From NCBI GenBank assembly GCA_964016885.1, contig OZ024746.1:27590001-27654000 (forward strand): DNA of 64,000 nucleotides, read 5' to 3'. A model generated the notes under the pieces. The model searched no databases, was not told the origin of the DNA, and saw nothing but the letters and a program-made list of their open reading frames with translations. The translations under genes were made by a program, and so were the position numbers. The DNA comes from Eledone cirrhosa (lineage: Eukaryota). Positions 13,525 to 29,957 of the stretch are shown here, one piece after another (positions within the stretch are counted from its first letter, which is position 1; each line of letters opens with the position of its first letter).

Positions 13525-13743
13525 GCAAGAGAAATAGAGATATATAAAGATAGATAGAGATAGAAAGAGAAGCGGTTGGAGAAATTGTATGCGAGAGAGA
13601 AAAATATAGGTAGATACCGATAGATGTAAAGAGAATAAATGGAGGGAGGGAGAAAAGGATAGAACGAGAGAGAGAGAGAGAATGAGAGAGAGATATAGAG
13701 ATATATATAGAGAGAGAGAGAGAGGGAGAGAGAGATAGAGAGA

Positions 13744-13791
<48 letters not shown>

Positions 13792-15373
13792 AGGAGAAAG
13801 AGTGAGAGGAGGTTGGAATACATGTGATTCAATATTCCTGTCGAGTTGAACAAAAGCTTTATCATAGTTTCTTAATGAGCTGCAGATGTCAAAGTAGAGT
13901 CCAACACTATTATATTCCATATTATTTCCACAGTTGTATGGCACTGTATTGGCAAACATGGTAGAGCGACAGATAGAAGGATTTGTATTTGAAGTTGCGG
14001 CTTTCTTCTCTGTCGTTTCAAAGTTTGACGAGGTCAATTTTGTTTAACATCATTCCAAGAAAAGTTGTGAATTAGCAGAGTAGTTAGAAGTTTGGTTAGA
14101 CTGCTCCACGCTATTCTTTCCGGTTCACTAATCTCTGAGTTCAAATCATGCTGGTGTTAACTTTGCCTTCTATCCTTTCGAGGTCGATAAATAAAGTACC
14201 GATCCGATTCTGATTCTTCCTATATTTCGTATTTTTCAATTTCTCTCTCTGGCCCTCACTCTTTATCTGCAAGAAATCGGTTGTGTACAAACCTGGAGAG
14301 GAATGCGTTCTGCCATGTTTCAATACTCAATACATGTTGTATATTAATACAACACCATTATGGCTCCATCATAAGCTACGGGTCCACAGACATCGATTCC
14401 AGGATGGATAAAGAACTAGTCAAGTGATGGTGACCTCTCTGATGTTGACCTCTCTGATGGTAACCTATTCTACATCGGATGATGAACTTTATGGCCTCTC
14501 TGATGATCTCTGATAAAATAAAAAAAAAGTTTTTTCTTTCAGTACTTCCAACGTTTGAGGGATTCATTTTCCTCCTCCAAATATCAATAACAAATGGGAT
14601 AGGGGTTTCATGAGGTATACACATTCTTAATATTGTTTTTATGCGTTCTTGTGACACATCACTGAGGTCAAATTTCCTTCAATCGAGGTATCGTAAGTTT
14701 GGTTACGAGTGTGACATGTGCAGTGAAACAAACTAACACCCAAGATATTTAATGCTTTTTTCCACTCCATAAGTATATCAGACAGTTTTTGCCCAGATGT
14801 TTTATGTAAAATCAAAATAGAGAAGGAGGATTAATGTAGCACCTGATCTAAGTTTAAAACTGCCAGCAATTGAACCTGAAATTCAAGATATAATGTCAAC
14901 AAACGCCATTAATCATCTCCTTAACTAAGTTGTTCTTTTTTTATCTGTTACTTACAGTAGCATATTTGAATACATATTTAATTTCATACATCTTTCAGGA
15001 TATTAGCTACATTTAGTTACATTTAGTTGCTTATTCAGTTTCATATAACTTCCAATTGAGTAATGAAACTAGGAAAACAATGCAGAGGATAGGAAGATAA
15101 ACAAATGCCGGGGCTATAACGACCGCTGACTATTCGTACCGGTCGCTGTCGAAACCTGTCGAAACCTTTAAGCCTCGGTACCTCCGCAAAATCACAGAGT
15201 AAACACCCTGCCTGAGAAATGAGCCCCGGTGAGGCGGGGTGGATGTTGCAGTGTGTGTCGCTGGCCATTATTTGTGACAATGTTTCCCCACCTCGGGAGA
15301 CTATATCAATATACAGCACTTAAAAACATTCACGAAACAAGAGGTGTCATTTTTTTTTTCATTACAACCTTAC

Positions 15374-16004
<631 letters not shown>

Positions 16005-16006
<2 letters not shown>

Positions 16007-16270
16007 GGAACACTGCTAACTTTTCTCTATATTGGATATACCGTGGTATATTATATTAGAACACTGCCAGTTTATCTGTAATGGCTGTCCTACCTACATT
16101 ACTGTGGAACACTGCCATTATAACTCTATTGTATGTACCGTGGTATATTATATTAGAACATTGCCAGTATATCTGTATTGTACCACAATATATTATTATG
16201 AAACACTGTCATTACATCTGTATTGGATGTACCATAGTTTATTATTTTGGAACACTGCCAGTATATCCGA
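16005..16270. repeat. Minisatellite, ~6 imperfect units of ~45-52 bp
   Basis: Recurring gaacactgcc...tattat motif. Confidence 0.8.
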
Positions 16271-18223
16271 ATACTACATGACCATAACTGACCTCTCTTC
16301 AGATAAAGTCTGAAAAAAAAATACAGATTTTTATATATAGAAATACCCTGCAATTTTTCTTATCTTTGCAATGCAAATGAAAACAATTTCCCGGCATTTT
16401 TTCCGATAGTGTGACATATCTTTTGTGTTGAGCATTATTAATGAGAGAGAGAGAGAGAAAGAGAGCGAGAGAGAAAGAGGGCGAGAGAGAGAGAGAAAGA
16501 GAGAATGAGAGAGAGAGAGAGAGAGAGAGTGTGAGAGAAATGTAGGAGAAAATGAAAAAAGCATATAGACAGAGAGATATCTTAGAAATGAGAAATACAG
16601 ATAGTAAATAAGGAATATATTTATATATATATACATATATATATATGTGTGTGTGTGTGTTTACGCGCACACACAAACACACACACACACACTCCCCCCC
16701 CCCCCCCACACACACATACACACACACATATATATATATAAATGAGAGATATAGACAGTGAATAAGGAAGAGATATAAACACAGAATCGAGTTTTTGAAC
16801 TTTCCCCTTGATACTTAATCTTGGAAGGTATTTTTCTTTGTATATTTTGTTTTTGTGAAAAGCAAAAATATCGGAAAAAAGGAAAAAAAAGAAAGAGAAT
16901 ATAACCACCATCTTTGGAAATATTCATGTCGAATATTTTCTCTGGATATATTTTATTTTATTTTTACATGACAATTCTCTCAATTGTTATAGCAGAGTCT
17001 GGATAGAATATTGATATTCAGAGAGAGAAATTATTTTGATAAATGACATTCGTTCCAAGGCAAGACTACTGGTCTTGATATCTTTTTCGTTTTTGGTAAT
17101 TTTTCAATGATAGAAGAGAAGTGAATGGAATACAACAACAAAGAAAAACAAGCCAAAAATAACCGAAAAAAACCCCTATAAAACCATAAAACAAGATATA
17201 TTGAATGGCTATACTGCATTTATATAAAGAAAATTTCGAAAATTTATTGTAACTACTATCATTCCATTTTATATTATATTTATGATGTATTGTTTTTCTC
17301 TTCTTCCGTTCTAACTAATCTTCATTCTCCTTATAATCATTATATATAATATTGTACTTCCTATAATTTTCTTTCTTCCGAAACAATTTACTTTCTCTTG
17401 CTTCCTATCATTTTATTTAATTCCCCATCTTTCATATTGCTTGAGAGCCATATAGAAGTTTCACGGTCGACTGAGCCTTCTATTTCGAAAAGGTTTCAGT
17501 TCGCTGACAGTTACTGGCACAAATCAGTGTTTCTGCGGAGCACATTTAATCCTCAACAGTCCAGTCTGCTGCAATTATATTTGCGCCATTCAGAGACATT
17601 ATAAATATCAGAAGTATTATATAATTAAATAAGTTTTTGCACAGGTTTTAATTCAGATGAAATGGCTTGTATAGTACTGGCGAGGGAAAGAGTAAATCAT
17701 AGTGATTAATTCATCCAATGATTTATGTCAGGGAACCCGCAGACAAACCATCAACCTCTTTTCATGAAAACAGTGACATCTTTTCATGGAGACATTGGAC
17801 ACCCACCATCGACCCCGTTTCATTGATTCATTGAAAGGCGAAATTCCCGAGTAACAGGTCCCCGTCTTGACATTGATAAACATGATACAAAGTACTCATT
17901 TTACTCACTGTTAATACATGCGCACACATGCATATAAATATATATATATACACATATATATATGTATACATAATATTTGCTTTATATATATATATACATG
18001 AATATAAGGTAAATAGAAATAACAAAAGTAACACAACAAACGGCACAGTGCATGGAAGAAATATATTAGTTTAACGCTTCAACCAATATGATCTGCACAC
18101 ACATCGGTCTTTAAATAAACCCTTTTTATATGTTGTATATAATTGATTCTAATGTTTTCTCTACAGCGGCTTTAGACAGACTGTTCTTTGGAGAATGAAA
18201 CATATATAGATCAAATAGATAAT

Positions 18224-18401
18224 TGTTTCTACTTTAGGCACAAGGCCAGCAATTACCCAGTGCATTACTGGTACTTTATTTTATCGACCCCGTAAGGATG
18301 AAAGGCAAAGTCAACCTCGGCTGGATTTGAACTCAGATCGTAAAGGGACGTAACTATGCTGGAAAGCATGACGTCCGACCCTCCACCGATACTGCCAATC
18401 C
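18224..18401 (-). mobile_element. SINE S1 with TSD
   Basis: Reverse complement of S1, with atagatcaaatagataat on both flanks. Confidence 0.9.
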
Positions 18402-18959
18402 ATAGATCAAATAGATAATGTATTAATTGTTGAATCTTGAACTATTTCTTACGTTTATACACACACACAAGGGTTTAGATCGATATTTAGTGATTTCAAT
18501 TACGTTCATTACAATTTTCTCAACAAAATCATTTGGAGCACAGGCATTGGATTAATTGTAATACAACATTCCCACCCAGAAGCGTAAGCTACGAAGAAAG
18601 TGTAATTATTGTATCGGCAGATTAACATAAACCTTAAAGTACTCAAATTTTCATCAATTGAAACAGCCAGCACTCTCCTAGTTTAGCACACAAAATTCCA
18701 CCTTAGTACAAATATATATCTCTATATTTGTAGCTGTCTACGACATTCGCGTGATTCCAACACTTCTCATGCTGGAGGTGAAGAATACTTCGTTTTTCCT
18801 CTGTTGCATTTTTACGTTTTCATCAATTTTTTTAAATCCCTCTCTTAACAATTCAGCTTCACAATTTACACTGTCACATATGTTTTTTTCTCTTTCATTT
18901 GGTTTTAGCTAACTCTCTATATTTCTTCTTCACAACTGCTGTCATCTCTCACTGTCTTG

Positions 18960-19212
18960 GTAGAGGACAGAACAAATTAGAGACACAAAATAAGAAATTA
19001 ATCACTGAGTAAGTCACAGAATGTATGAGAATAGACAGACAACCATCCGGTTATTAAACGAACCAACTAGAAATTTAGAATAAATTGAAGTGAAAACCGA
19101 CAGGTGCCTGTGCTTTTATTGGCAGCATGACCCTCCCAAAGAATAAAAATAACTGTTGCAACACACGTTTTCAGATAAGAAATCTTGAAAAACAAATAAA
19201 GAAACGAAGATA
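18960..19212 (+). mobile_element. Decayed family-C PLE pseudo-LTR
   Basis: Homologous to 26650-26903 and 46227-46497. Eroded HHR at ~19005 and ATGACCCTCCCAAAG at 19127. Confidence 0.65.
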
Positions 19213-19785
19213 TATATTTATATATGAATATGTGTGTTTGTGTGTGTGTGTGTCTGTGCAGCGAGAGAGAGAGAGGGTGAGAGAGAGAGAGGGTGAGAGA
19301 GAGAGAGGGTCAGAGAGAGAGAGAGAGATAGGGAGAGAGAGAGAATGAAGAAGAGAGAGATACATGTACATATATGCATGTATGAGAGTTTTTTATGTAA
19401 CTATGTAACCATATTTTTTTCTACTCTTGTATGCCTCGTTTTATTGTCCGCCATTTTGAAATTACACATCTTTCCATGGTTTACCGAGTAGAGTCTGACT
19501 TAAAAAAAATGTAAACTTTTCATAGAAAAACAGTGCGACTCGTTCGATCTTTGTTGTCACGAAACCATTTCTTCTACTTCAGCCTTATTTCTTTCGCGTT
19601 CTAACACGCACACGATTAGGCTTACAACTACATAGACACATACACATATCCTACATATATATAAATATATATATATAGGATATGTGTATGTGTTTATGTA
19701 GTTGTATATATATACACACAGAAATATATATATATATATGTATTACGCACAAACGCTCAACACTCACATGCACACTGACACACAT

Positions 19786-19862
<77 letters not shown>

Positions 19863-19975
19863 CCTCTTCAATTCGCCAAAAGAAAATAAATTTCAATGTA
19901 TGCATGTATCTATATATATATATATATATATACAGATACATGCATACATTGAAATATATATATATATATATATAT

Positions 19976-20167
19976 ATAGGAAAAAGTATGACCCCGACGG
20001 CAGAGTTCAAGCCGTTTCGACGGCTATTTATGTCCAGAAATAGCCGTCGAAACGGCTTGAGCTCTGCCGTCGGGGTCATACTTTTTCCTATTTCCCACTC
20101 TACTACCCTAAGTATTGAGTACTCTGGTGCGTTATGGTCCATCTGGTTCCTTACCACAATTCCTTTG

Positions 20168-20169
<2 letters not shown>
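19976..20169 (+). mobile_element. Family-A fold-back element in (TA)n
   Basis: Palindrome 19976-20091 plus tail, closely matching 4452-4648. Confidence 0.85.
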
Positions 20170-20218
<49 letters not shown>

Positions 20219-20244
20219 CACATATATATATATACACACACATA

Positions 20245-20280
<36 letters not shown>

Positions 20281-20281
<1 letters not shown>

Positions 20282-20894
20282 GGTGGCTGCCAACTCGTTT
20301 TCGAGTACGGCCACTACTTTATATCCATGTAGGAGAACCCCTACCGATGCGCTGAACGAGTGTGACTTTTTAGTCTAGCCAGAGACTTGAAAACTCTGGT
20401 ACAAACACTACACCTGTGACAATTATTGACACATAGTGCTGGGCCCATGGTACCATGTGACGACAAGTGCAGAGAGATCTCCAGATATAAAGCAATGCCT
20501 GTGCCGTGAAGCTTTTATAGTGAGCAAAGGCACTGCACAAAGCCAGTCCCACTCTCTTAACCAAGATGATATTTACCAAAAAGAAGAACAAGTCAACATC
20601 ATTGGATACCATCAGGGTTGCAGGTGTTATATCAGAGTTTTCCTTCTCCTAGAATTCTGCCTTGACAAAGGCTAAGGGGTCATCTCTCCCGGTGATTTTG
20701 GATGGCCATTGACTCTTAAGAGCTCCTTTGCCCTTTGACAGGTTTTGTTTTTAGTCCTGCAGGATGTCCAAAGTCACCCTCCTCACCAAGAAACCTTGGT
20801 GGGTTTGCCAGTTTAGTCGCCAACGACCCGACCATGGGACAGGTTGTACTGGGATACATGTTACCAGTAGCACCAACTGGTGACCTGACCTGAC
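20281..20894 (-). mobile_element. Non-autonomous bipartite RTE derivative (5' UTR joined to 3' end)
   Basis: Minus strand has the taggagaaggaaaactctga 5' UTR motif shared with 62920-63040, a zinc-finger remnant, and the 3' hairpin gtggccgtactcgaaaacgag...gccacca. Confidence 0.75.
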
Positions 20895-20903
20895 TATATA
20901 TAT

Positions 20904-21026
<123 letters not shown>

Positions 21027-21369
21027 GTGGTTCTTGCTATCCATTTTATAACACTAACATTACAGTTCTAACTAATCTAAAGAGCATCACCAGAAATATG
21101 ACATTTCTTGTTTACTACAACAGTGTTTCTATAAATATATATTCTGCTGCACTCTTTTACTTATTACCCCAGCTGAAAAATTGATTAGATCCTATTTGAT
21201 AATTTAATTATACCCTATATTATAATTAAATTATACCTCGTATGCTGTGACTCCTCTTGATCTTTCAAGTGTATTATTTAATAAGTAATTTTATGAATGT
21301 CTTTAAATTGCTAAAGTCTTGGGTTTCCAACTTTCTACTTAGAGATCTCGTTACTTATTTTACAAAGAC

Positions 21370-21716
21370 GTGGGATTGGCAGAATCGTCAGAGATTCGGA
21401 TATACAGTTACGGCTCTTTGCAATCTGAGTTCAAATGTGGCTGGCATCAACATTATTTCCACTCATTGCGATGACAATAAAACAAAGTATTAATCAATTA
21501 CTGGAGACGATTTTCCGATCCACATAAAGTTGCTGTCTTTCTGCCTAACTTAGAAACCATTATTTCTTTTTGGCGCATAGAGTTACGGCCCTTGCCATTC
21601 TGAGTTCAAATCCCGGCGAGGTTAACTTTGCCTTTCATCCTTACGGGGTCGATAAAATAAAGTAGCAGTAATACACTGGGTAATTGCTGGCCTTGTGCCT
21701 AACGTAGAAACAATTA
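21370..21716 (+). mobile_element. Two tandem S1 SINEs (old 21370-21560, younger 5'-truncated 21570-21716)
   Basis: Similarity to S1 consensus. Confidence 0.75.
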
Positions 21717-22224
21717 TTTCTTAAATTACATGTTTCTTAAGAATATAATACCATATACACTTATAGTTACATTCTAATAGGGGCAAATTTTTTTTTCCAA
21801 TTATTCAATGTTAATACAAATTCTATTTATTATTGTACTCATAAAGATATATTTTAGACAACACTCCTTCAAAAATATTATTTGATTCCTAAACACTAAC
21901 CATTCTTATTATCATTAAACTTCTTATAAAATATAGATAGTTATAAAATAGTCGCTATAAGCTATACATCTACTTATAAATTATGTCTAACTATTCTGCA
22001 ATAAGGTATTTAAGATAACTGTAGATAATACATACAATGGAAGACATATTGAAAGCGACATACCAATTTTAGCAATTATTTATAACAAAACAAGCAGAAG
22101 CTAATTGCCAGTTCGTAGAAAGGAAAAATTGTCTCCACTTGTCTTGCCGTTGCTAATACTATCTGCCAGTCGCAATTGCTATCATAAGAAGGTGAGATTT
22201 GAATGCGAAATAAAGAGAGTTGGG

Positions 22225-22950
22225 CCAATACCACTCTGTTTGTTTACATGTCTCGCTCGCTTCACCCTATTCTACGTGTCCCAATAACCCATTTTAGTTA
22301 TTGCTCGCACCAACCAGAGGTATATGATCTTTAATGCGAAGAAATACCAATGACGACTGGAAGATCACTGATGACGGACGCCCTATCTTCTCGCTCTAAT
22401 TTTATTCATATGTATCCCATTTCCAACAACGAGCACGCCATTTTTCATTTATATTTTTCCCTCCGCTGTGACCAGTCTCTTTCTTTCTTACTGCTATCCT
22501 ATTTTTCTCCCCCTATATCTCTCACCTTCATTTCACTCCCTCTGCCAGTCACTCTCTCTCAACTGGCCTCTTCCTCACACTTTCACTCACTCACTCTCTG
22601 CTACTCTCCCTCTCTCACTTCCTCCCGTCTGACCTGTGTGAAATCCTTTTCTCGCTCACATTTCACATGGCTTGGACGTGTCTGTGTCTCTCCTCGTCCA
22701 TGATTTGATCGAACTTAAGTTTACAGATATCACGGACTTGTTTCCCCTCTTCCTCTCTTACCGTTGCATTACCATCTTTGTTTCTTTACATGTCCTGCTC
22801 GCTTCAACCTATTCTACGTGTCCCAATAACCTTTTTTTAGTTATTGCTCGCACCAGCCAGAGGTATATGATCTTTAATGCGAAGAAATACCAATGACGGC
22901 TGGAAGATCACTGATGAAGGACGCCCTGTCTTCTCGCTCTAATTTTATTA
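22225..22950 (+). repeat. ~180-bp direct repeat (22225-22408 / 22770-22949) with pyrimidine-rich spacer, ending at TA tract
   Basis: Near-identical ...tattgctcgcacca.ccagaggtatatgatctttaatgcgaagaaatacc...ctctaattttatt occurs twice. Confidence 0.8.
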
Positions 22951-23020
22951 ATATATACAGATATATATATATATATATAAAAATACACGTACACACGTAC
23001 ACACACACGCACACACACGC

Positions 23021-23096
<76 letters not shown>

Positions 23097-23372
23097 TTAT
23101 ATATACTGTGTGAAATACATGGCGAATTCTGTGTGAATGTGTGTGTGTGTGTGTGTGCGTGTGTACATATATGTATATACACATGCATGCATGTGAGTGT
23201 ATGACCTCCTGTATATTGTGAATACATTCTGTGTGAAAAATATACGCATATGATATTAATGGAAAAGATATCGGCAAAAACTTAAAGGAAGATTATTTTC
23301 CTTTTGAATTCATTCAAAGATATAAGTAAACACACACACACATATATATGTATGTAAGTATATACTTATCTA

Positions 23373-23412
<40 letters not shown>

Positions 23413-23689
23413 TGAAACGAAAGGAGCTGTGTGGTTACTAAAAACAAGGTTTAGGATGGTGGTTAGGACGGAACAGGAGGAGAAAGGAAGAAAGGAGTTT
23501 CCATGTGTGTGTGTGTGTGTGTGTATGTGTGTGTTAGTTTGTTTGTGTACGTATATGTATATAATACACATTGAAAATAGATATAATCTTTCCATTAAGG
23601 TATCAATCCCTTTTTTTCTTTTAATCATAACATATAATTCTTCTATTTCATTCTCTCTTATACTTAAACAACCATTCTGAAACTCATCT

Positions 23690-23780
<91 letters not shown>

Positions 23781-23845
23781 AGTGTGTGAGTGTGTGTGTG
23801 TGTGTGTATTTGCGTATATTTATATGTGTGGCCCAGTAAGTATAC

Positions 23846-23982
<137 letters not shown>

Positions 23983-24065
23983 TATATATATGTATATATA
24001 TATAGCTACCTAATTTTATGTATTTCAGTGGCTTGCAACACGGATATGATGTTTCAGATCGTAGG

Positions 24066-24107
<42 letters not shown>

Positions 24108-24349
24108 CATACAAATATACACGAACACGCATACACACATATATCTATATATCTATATATAGTAACAGACGACACCTACAAGCACACACACATGTACATA
24201 AACATATCTTTCATAGATATATGCTGTAGTGCTTTAATATATTTTTTGATATATTGCATTTGTTCATTTTCATTTTATATCGTACGAAAATTGAGCGCCA
24301 TATGGTAGATTTTCATGTATCAGAGAAATAAAAAAACATGATTACACAC

Positions 24350-24381
<32 letters not shown>

Positions 24382-24382
24382 C

Positions 24383-24437
<55 letters not shown>

Positions 24438-24450
24438 GTGTGTATATATA

Positions 24451-24527
<77 letters not shown>

Positions 24528-24546
24528 GTGTGTATATATATGTATA

Positions 24547-24589
<43 letters not shown>

Positions 24590-24605
24590 GTGTATATATA
24601 TACGT

Positions 24606-24637
<32 letters not shown>

Positions 24638-24683
24638 GTGTGTATATATATATATATATAATAAAAAACATGATTACACACAC

Positions 24684-24728
<45 letters not shown>

Positions 24729-24753
24729 CTATATATCTATCTGTGTGTATATA

Positions 24754-24840
<87 letters not shown>

Positions 24841-24892
24841 GTATATATATATATACATACATACATACATATATACGTATATATATATATAC

Positions 24893-24951
<59 letters not shown>

Positions 24952-25372
24952 CACATATGTGCATGATTACAATTTTTGTTGCAATGTAGAAACTTATATG
25001 AAGCAAGACTAAAAAAAAAAAAAATCCCCCGCCAGGAAATAGTAAATATACCTCAATTAAGAAATATCTTCATGTCGGCCACATTTCTGTCTCTCTCTTT
25101 CTCCCCCCCTCTCTCTCTCTCTTTATGCATACACACACACAGACACACATATATATATATATATATATAGAGAGAGAGGGATATATATATATATACATAT
25201 ATATATGTGTGTGTGTGTGTGTATGTATATATATATATATTTATGTATACACGCACACACACACACATATATATATATATAGAGAGAGAGAGGGATATAT
25301 ATATATATATACATATATATATGTGTGTGTGTGTATGTTTATATATATATATATTTATGTATACACACACAA

Positions 25373-25456
<84 letters not shown>

Positions 25457-25577
25457 TATAGATTTCAATGAATCTAATAACCTAAATATTAACGTCACCG
25501 TATGTCTTCGGCGTTCCATTAAAAGTTCAGCAAACAAGGAGGGGTGAATCAATAGATGTATCAAAGTATAATAGAAG

Positions 25578-25614
<37 letters not shown>

Positions 25615-25764
25615 TGATAGTCTGAGATATGGGACTGGGAAGACGACAAATGAAAGAAGAAGTAATAGATGCATGGTAAGATGCAGAGTGGGTATATTAG
25701 TGAAAGTAGATGTACCGCGAACACGCCCGAGCTACTTAGCCAAAACCACCGAGAGAGAGAGAGA

Positions 25765-25853
<89 letters not shown>

Positions 25854-26028
25854 TCTTGATTCGATTCGCGTGTTCTGAAGTAACTGTTGTGGAATCAACA
25901 CGTGTAATGGATTGAGTGCTCTACCAACTTTCACTACACTATATATCTATCTCTATATATATGTGTATAAATTTATATATGTATATATGTATATATATAT
26001 ATAAATATACATATATAATATATATATG

Positions 26029-26059
<31 letters not shown>

Positions 26060-26088
26060 GTATATATATGCATATATGTATATATATG

Positions 26089-26170
<82 letters not shown>

Positions 26171-26175
<5 letters not shown>

Positions 26176-26512
26176 CTGTAAAACTAGAAACATAGTATAT
26201 AGCATAAGAAGTACTGAAGGACAATGTAAAGATAAGAATATAGTGCACATAGGTGAGACAGCTCGTAGTATAGGAGAACGGTTAAATGAACACTGGCGAG
26301 AGCTTCAAGATAAAAATGAATCATCAGTACTCCACCAACATGCTAAAATAGAACATAAGGGTAAATTAGAGAACATAGAAATCAAAATAAAATCTACACA
26401 CAGAAAAGGCGCTGTGTTTAGACAAATCACAGAGGCAATAAACATAAATAAACTCAAACCAAAATTAAATAGAAAACATGAATGGAATAGCAACATCACA
26501 ACTTACAATTAA
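26171..26512 (+). pseudogene. C-terminal GIY-YIG endonuclease of a 5'-truncated Penelope-like element
   Basis: [11 protein letters not shown]...[16 protein letters not shown]...LHQH...[17 protein letters not shown] has the GIY-YIG motifs with conserved R, H, E and N. Begins directly at (TA)n. Confidence 0.85.
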
Positions 26513-26903
26513 GGACAAATGAAAACACACACACATGGAACAAACAACCAACCAGTAAAATGTAAATAAACAAATAAATAAACAAATAAAAACACATACA
26601 GACACCCGGATGTAACTCTTGCGCAAACTAAGCACACAACACACACAAAAACAAGATGGCGTAGGCCAGAACAAAGGAGAGGCACAAAACAAAGAAAAGA
26701 ATCCCCAGGCACTGAAGAGGTCACAGAATGTGTGACGAAAGAACTTTGACAATATATGAACAACCGTCCGGTTGTGGAACCAATCAACCAACCGGAAATT
26801 TATAAATTCTCAAATTTATAAATTTAATTTATAATAAATTGGATTGAAAGCAACTGGTGCGTATGTTTCCTATTGGCAACATAACCCTCCCAAATTATAA
26901 CAA
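26513..26903 (+). mobile_element. 3' UTR/pseudo-LTR of the same PLE (family C)
   Basis: Follows the GIY-YIG stop, is homologous to the arms of 45851-46497, and ends in (TA)n. Confidence 0.8.
26708..26750 (+). ncRNA. Hammerhead ribozyme motif (stem I mismatch)
   Basis: GGCA-CUGAAGA-G-GUCACA gaaug UGUGAC-GAAA-GAAC-UU^UGAC. Confidence 0.65.
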
Positions 26904-27059
26904 TATATATATATATATATGTATATCAAGGGTAAATATTGAGTTTGAAACTCAAAATAGTCTCTTACAATTAAATAGCTCAAAGAAAGAGGCATTTCTG
27001 AGCCGTGTAATGTAATTATATATATATATATATTGGACATATATATATTGGACATATTC

Positions 27060-27172
27060 ACCCACGATAACCTCCACCTCATGCGATACATTATAGAGAG
27101 GGTGGCACGCCGATTAGGGCCTTGATCAATTTAAATCAATCATAGGCTTTTGATAGGGTCGACCATAGCTAT
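27060..27172 (+). pseudogene. L1/Tx1-like RT fragment
   Basis: HDNLHLMRYIIERV...ALINLNQS*AFDRVDH matches the RT motif region. Confidence 0.7.
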
Positions 27173-29443
27173 CGCTGTAACAGATCGTAGTCGATAATTT
27201 CAGACAATTCTTTTTGCTTAAGTATATTCTAGAAGATCACATTTATGAAAAAGAACAGTTGAAAATAGTAAGACGCGAAATCTTAATGAAATGAAAAATT
27301 AAATCTACACCATTCTTCTATACACTTTTAGCTGACTTCCTACAAAGATTGTTCAGTGTTGTAATGATATATCAGCAAAAGCGACATGTCAGGCTCCTGT
27401 CATATCTACAAAAGCGACATGAAGCAAAGAATTTGCCACCTGATCCAGAAACCTTATGATTGTTAGTTTGACTCTCTAGCTACTCGGCCACACACCTAGT
27501 CAATGTAAAGCGCTGAAGCGATGCTTTGTTATCGGTTGACATTTGTTGGCTGTGTATTGAGTTTATCCATCTTATATTGTTGGGCATTGAATTTAAATGT
27601 ATATCATATTGCTGCAACATATTTTCATTGTCATCGTTCTTTTTAAATTAAAAGTCACACTAATTTCAAATAGTAAACTAAAGTTGTTGTCTGTCACCAT
27701 CTAGTCTCGAATTTATTGTATTCAACACACTCCTCACCATATTTATTAGCAGTCAAACATTATTACATTTGACGTGATTAATATTGGTGGAATATTTTCT
27801 TTCTTAGGAACAATATATTAAAGTCATTTTATGTTTTGTCTCATTTCATTTCATTCCGGTTCTCTACGTTCCGAGGTCAATTTTGCTTTTCATTCTTTAG
27901 AGGTTGATAAATATAATATCAATAGAGTATTGGAGTCGATTCCCCCTGGATATATTTCTTCCACTTTCTCTCTCTCTCTCTCTCCTGTTTTCTGGATGAC
28001 ATTCCTCATGTTCAAACCTGGTGATGGATAGGATTCCCTTGGTGTAAATGCCCAAGGCACACCGCATATCACTACGGCACCCCTACAACTCCATTAGTAA
28101 CTAAGGGACTATTAAATGCTCTGACATAAAAAAATGTGGTATGACTATGTTATCAGTTTTGTGTAGGAGGTAACATAATTATTTAAAGCAATAATATTGA
28201 TAAATCTATTTCAGATGTCGACTCTTTGTCGTATAATTCTTGTTCATATCTCACGAGTAAATAATTTAAATATTGAGAAAATTGTGTAAATTTTCTCCTG
28301 AAATGATTGAATACCTGAATAAAGTTTAGCAATATAACGAGTGTTCTATTTCTTTACATATATTGTATAACTGTGTGAGTGTTGGGTTTCCGTTGATTCT
28401 CATGTCGCATTTCAGATATTCGAACTGCGATGCAGCCTGCGTTTGAAATTAACATGTACGTGGTTAGGCCTTCCACTGACACGTGCATGATTAACATAAT
28501 TCATAGGAAAATTCAGTTTGTAACAAGCCTGACATTTTGACTTACTGTTACAACTAATTGTTTTATCAGCAGATTGGACTGGAACAACGTGATATAAATT
28601 TTTTTTACTTAAGGATAAAGCGAGCCGCCAGGAATCGAACTGTCAACCATTCGATTGTGAACCGAACTTTCTAACAACTAAGCGACGCTTATTTTCATTG
28701 TGGTAATTCTTTTGTTAATTTTATTGTTTTGTATATTTTTACTCGATGTTATTGTAAACCTCTAGCCATTGCATCGTCTCTTATACTTAGGTCCTTCTAT
28801 CCAATAAAGAATTATTAATGCAGTGGTGTCGATTTAATCGATCGTATTTCCCTTCAAATTGCTGGCATTGTGCCAAATGTAGAAACAAATATTATTAGTA
28901 TTATTATCAGGATAACTAAATTTCTTCAGGGATCGGGATATCTTTCTAGAAGCCTCCTGCCCTTTAGTGTGAGTTGGCAGATGGATCGGTATTTTGGAAG
29001 CACGCTGTGCTTGTATGGTGCTAGTTGGTAGGGGAAGAAGGTGTAAAAGCCTCGCAAAATTTATGAGAAATTTCAAACTGTCTGAATCCTAGTGGATTTG
29101 GGCAAACGGCATCTGGTCATATAGATCGTATCTAGACAGGGTATTATCTAGGGAAATATATAATGTTAGCATAGTTTGTCTACAATTTAAAGTAGTCGAT
29201 TACTCATTCCACACGTTTCTGGTCTGTGCAATGGACTTAGACCTCATTGAAAGGGACCCAGTTACTGAAATCTGTGCCATCCTATGTCGCCATCGGATAA
29301 CATTTAATGGTTTCCTCATGTCAGCCTTGTATGGTTAAAAAAGAAATCATTATTTTCATATTTATTCAGCTGCGAAAAAAAAAAAATGTTTTTCAGAGTT
29401 GATTCCAATAAAGATCGTGGACAATTTCGAGTCAGTGATTATG

Positions 29444-29550
<107 letters not shown>

Positions 29551-29557
29551 ATTATAT

Positions 29558-29632
<75 letters not shown>

Positions 29633-29700
29633 ATATATATATATTATATATATATATTATATATATATATATTATATATATATAAATATATTTATATATA

Positions 29701-29770
<70 letters not shown>

Positions 29771-29791
29771 ATTATATATATATATTATATA

Positions 29792-29844
<53 letters not shown>

Positions 29845-29908
29845 ATATATTATATATATGTATATATTATATATATATATATATGTATATATTATATATA
29901 TATATATA

Positions 29909-29953
<45 letters not shown>

Positions 29954-29957
29954 GTGT

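Noticed and set aside
20700-20894. HDV-like ribozyme at the RTE 5' end
   Set aside because: Plausible for RTE elements, but I could not build the nested double pseudoknot by eye.
22368-22400. CTGATGA as a hammerhead, snoRNA box or SECIS
   Set aside because: No correctly placed GAAA, stem III or stem I, and the box order and spacing do not fit C/D or SECIS models.
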